64,000 nucleotides of DNA from Nitrospirota bacterium (GTDB taxonomy: Bacteria > Nitrospirota > JACRHJ01), in the NCBI GenBank assembly GCA_963845245.1, contig CAWJRJ010000016.1, positions 64,001 to 128,000 of the forward strand, given 5' to 3'. Positions 61,340 through 64,000 of the stretch are shown here, piece by piece; position 1 is the stretch's first letter, and each line of letters starts with the position of its first letter. The notes below the pieces were generated by a model, which had not been told where the DNA came from, did no database searches, and worked only from the letters and a program-made list of their open reading frames with translations. The position numbers were made by a program, and so were the translations under genes.

Positions 61340-62385
61340 CCCGTTACCTTCTGGCCATCGCGGCATTTATACTTCTACTCAGCGGCGCATCCGTATGCCT
61401 GCCCCAGGAAGAACCTCCCCTTGTCGAGGCCAGGTACCTGGGGTCGCACAGCTATGCCGGGTTCACCAGGCTTGTCTTCGATACGGGCGGTGTCGCCCCG
61501 GGCGAGTTCAAGGTCAACTTCGTCCCAGAGCGGCGGCAGGTGATCCTCTACCCGCAGAGCGGGCTTCTCTCCTACTCTTTTGCCCCTGTCAGTAGTGTAG
61601 ACGATTTGGTGACCGGCATAGATTTCGTCGAGGACGAAGCGGGGAAGCGGGGAATTGTGGCAAGCCTCGGTCCGGGGGCGGGCGAGGTCGTGCAGTCATA
61701 TCTCACCGAGCCGTACAGGCTGGTGCTCGATATCCGCAAGAAAACCAGGCCCGAAGGGTTCCTTCCCTATGGCCGCCCGATCAGGACGATCGCCATAGAC
61801 CCCGGCCACGGCGGTAGGAACGCCGGGAATGGCGCGCATGGCGGCAGGGCCGAGAAAGACATAGCCCTCGACACCGCCATCCGGCTGAAAAACGCCCTTA
61901 CAAAGATGGGGTACAAGACGGTACTCACGAGGTCCAACGATACCGATGTCAGCATGGACGCGCGAGTGGGCTTTGCGAATAACCAGAAGGCCGACCTGTT
62001 CATCTCGATCCACGCCTCCGGCGGTAATTTCGCTACTGGCGGTGGCCCGGCTATCTTCGTCCTTGACGCCGAGGACCTTGCTGGCGGCCCCAGGAAAGGC
62101 GCGCTTTCCTGGGGAGAGCAGAATGCGCCTTACCTGCCCGACAGCATGCGCCTCTCCCGCAAGCTGTGGGACGCTCTCAAAAAACTAGAAGCCGGGCAGC
62201 CCGTGGTGCACAACGTGCGCCTGGCGGGTTTTTCCGGCCTTGCCATGCCTGCCGTGATGGTTGAGCTTGGGAACCTTGACAACCAGGCAAGGGCGGGACT
62301 TTTGTCCGAGGACTCTTTCAGGGGCAAGGTGGCCGACAGCCTTGCCAGGGGTATAGCCGAATTCTCAAAAGGTGACCATGACTGA
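61336..62385 (+). CDS. N-acetylmuramoyl-L-alanine amidase (AMIN + Amidase_3)
   Basis: TRLVFD, PYRLVLDI, IDPGHGG, EKD, SIHA, MPAVMVELG. Confidence 0.88.
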   Translation: MTRYLLAIAAFILLLSGASVCLPQEEPPLVEARYLGSHSYAGFTRLVFDTGGVAPGEFKVNFVPERRQVILYPQSGLLSYSFAPVSSVDDLVTGIDFVEDEAGKRGIVASLGPGAGEVVQSYLTEPYRLVLDIRKKTRPEGFLPYGRPIRTIAIDPGHGGRNAGNGAHGGRAEKDIALDTAIRLKNALTKMGYKTVLTRSNDTDVSMDARVGFANNQKADLFISIHASGGNFATGGGPAIFVLDAEDLAGGPRKGALSWGEQNAPYLPDSMRLSRKLWDALKKLEAGQPVVHNVRLAGFSGLAMPAVMVELGNLDNQARAGLLSEDSFRGKVADSLARGIAEFSKGDHD

Positions 62386-62983
62386 GCGCATTCGTGTGAA
62401 AGGTGAATCAGGGGTGTTGGTGTGGGTCGTGCTGGTGGCCGTGCTTGCGGTTGTCCTGGCGGTCGCCGGTTACTTCTTTTTCCGGGAACAGACCCCGAAC
62501 AAGCTGCCGCAGGCAGCCCCGGCCTTCCAGGGCCCGACCTCAATCCAGGGGGCCAAGGCAAGCTTCAAGCTGTATTTCCCGTCCAGCGATGGCTCAGCCC
62601 TACTGGCAGAGACGAGGGATGTCCGAGAGTCGTCCGACAAGTCCGTCCAGATACGCGAGGTAGTGGCGGAGCTTCTGCGCGGCCCGATGAAGGAGGGGCT
62701 TGTCTCATCCTTCCCGGCCGGGAGCCGTGTGAAGAACGTGTTCATTGATTCGTCCGGCACCGCGTATGTCAACTTCTCCCGCGAGCTGCAGGCCGATTTC
62801 CCCGGCGGTGCATGGACCGAGACGCTCGCAATCTATTCCCTCACCAACACCCTGGCGATAAACTTCCCCGATGTAAAGCAGGTGCAGATACTGGTCGAAG
62901 GAGTCGTACCGGAGACGCTTGCAGGCCACATAGACATTTCCCGCCCGTTCACGCCCAGGCTGGCGCTGAACAAGGAACAGTGA
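62378..62983 (+). CDS. GerMN domain protein
   Basis: TM anchor; LYFP, ELLRGP, AYVNFS, IYSLTNTL, VQILVEG...LAGH. Confidence 0.88.
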   Translation: MTERIRVKGESGVLVWVVLVAVLAVVLAVAGYFFFREQTPNKLPQAAPAFQGPTSIQGAKASFKLYFPSSDGSALLAETRDVRESSDKSVQIREVVAELLRGPMKEGLVSSFPAGSRVKNVFIDSSGTAYVNFSRELQADFPGGAWTETLAIYSLTNTLAINFPDVKQVQILVEGVVPETLAGHIDISRPFTPRLALNKEQ

Positions 62984-63783
62984 TGAGTTCCTCAAAACCA
63001 ATCGGCATTTTCGACTCAGGGATCGGCGGGCTGACGGTGCTGAAAGAGATAAGGCACCACATACCGGATGAGAACCTTATCTACTTCGGCGACGAGGCGC
63101 GGTTCCCCTACGGCATAAAATCGGCAGAGACCGTTACCCGTTTCTCGCACGAGATCGCAGACTACCTGCTCGGGATGGACATCAAGATGCTCGTGGTCGC
63201 GTGCAACACCGCGACGGCCTGCGCGCTGGGGAGCCTGAGGGAGCGGTTGCCGATACCGGTGATCGGGGTGCTCATGCCCGGTGCCTATGCCGCCTCGCGG
63301 GCGACCGTAACGGGCAGGATAGGGGTTATCGGCACCGAGGGCACGGTAAGCTCTGGGGTCTATGCAAGGCTGATAAGGAACATACGTCCCGGTACCGAGG
63401 TCTTTGCGCGGGCCTGCCCGCTGTTCGTCCCGCTTGTCGAAGAAGGCAGGCTCTCAGGCGATATCACAAGGCTTGCAGCCGAGGAATACCTGGCCCCGCT
63501 GAAGGAAGAGGATATAGACACGCTCGTCCTGGGCTGCACGCACTACCCGCTATTAAAGCAGGTAATAGGCCAGGTGATGGGATCTTCTGTTGTCCTTGTG
63601 GATTCCGCCCACGAGACGGCCCAGGAAGTAAAACGTGTACTCGCGAAGAAAGATATCGCTACGCTTCCCGGAGGCGAGGCCGCTACGCGCTATTTCGTCA
63701 CGGACGCGCCCGAGCGTTTTAAAGCGATCGGTGAGCGTTTCCTCGGTTATGAGATCAGGACGGTCGAGAAGGTGGAGTTGTAA
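62983..63783 (+). CDS. murI: Glutamate racemase
   Basis: IGIFDSGIGGLTV, PYG.KS, ACNTA, LGCTHYP. Confidence 0.97.
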   Translation: MSSSKPIGIFDSGIGGLTVLKEIRHHIPDENLIYFGDEARFPYGIKSAETVTRFSHEIADYLLGMDIKMLVVACNTATACALGSLRERLPIPVIGVLMPGAYAASRATVTGRIGVIGTEGTVSSGVYARLIRNIRPGTEVFARACPLFVPLVEEGRLSGDITRLAAEEYLAPLKEEDIDTLVLGCTHYPLLKQVIGQVMGSSVVLVDSAHETAQEVKRVLAKKDIATLPGGEAATRYFVTDAPERFKAIGERFLGYEIRTVEKVEL

Positions 63784-63784
63784 A

Positions 63785-63821
63785 TAAAAAAAGGCGGGGT
63801 AATGCTCCGCCTTTTTATTTT
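63785..63821. terminator. Bidirectional terminator
   Basis: A-tract-GGCGGGG-TAATG-CTCCGCC-T-tract between convergent genes. Confidence 0.8.
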
Positions 63822-63840
63822 ATACGATGTATTTCACGTC

Positions 63841-64000
63841 TTAGTATTCGTCGCGCTCGTGTTTCAAATTCTTGCGTTCCTGCTTTTGTTCATACTTCAT
63901 TTCCTTGTTTTCCCGCTTTTGTTCATTCTTTAAGTCCCGGCGATCCCGTTTTTGTTCACGCCCTAATTCACGGCGTTCGTGTTTGTACCAGCCCCTGTGC
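63841..64000 (-). CDS. 3' end of a protein with charged 11-residue repeats, partial
   Basis: HRGWYKHERRELGR-EQKRDRRDLKN-EQKRENKEMKY-EQKQERKNLKH-ERDEY-stop. Confidence 0.6.
   Translation of the reverse strand, partial: HRGWYKHERRELGREQKRDRRDLKNEQKRENKEMKYEQKQERKNLKHERDEY

Overview
GC-rich bacterial chromosomal window. Gene content and synteny (class II RNR, ahbD-hemE-hemH, cinA-thpR-recA-pilT-recX, pgeF-yggS-proC-yggT-divIVA-yggU, multiheme cytochromes, sigma54 promoter) suggest an anaerobic Desulfobacterota/Nitrospirota-like organism; the taxonomy is inference. More than 20 genes, including the essential alaS, carry single-base frameshifts, most likely uncorrected long-read errors. Accessory regions: (1) four tandem mosaic GT-C/PTPS-related membrane protein paralogs; (2) two HicBA copies, one fused in frame and joined to a PIN-like fragment between direct repeats; (3) an AT-rich decayed IS1-like element carrying a leaderless higB-higA(HExxH)-orphan three-gene operon; (4) a sigma54/IHF/enhancer-controlled receiver-tusA-dsrEFH-like operon beside putative NO/Fe-S stress genes; (5) an octaheme HAO-family cytochrome plus a heptaheme paralog missing exactly the catalytic-position heme; (6) small genes separated by nested REP/MITE-like repeats. 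No rRNA, tRNA or CRISPR array was recognised.
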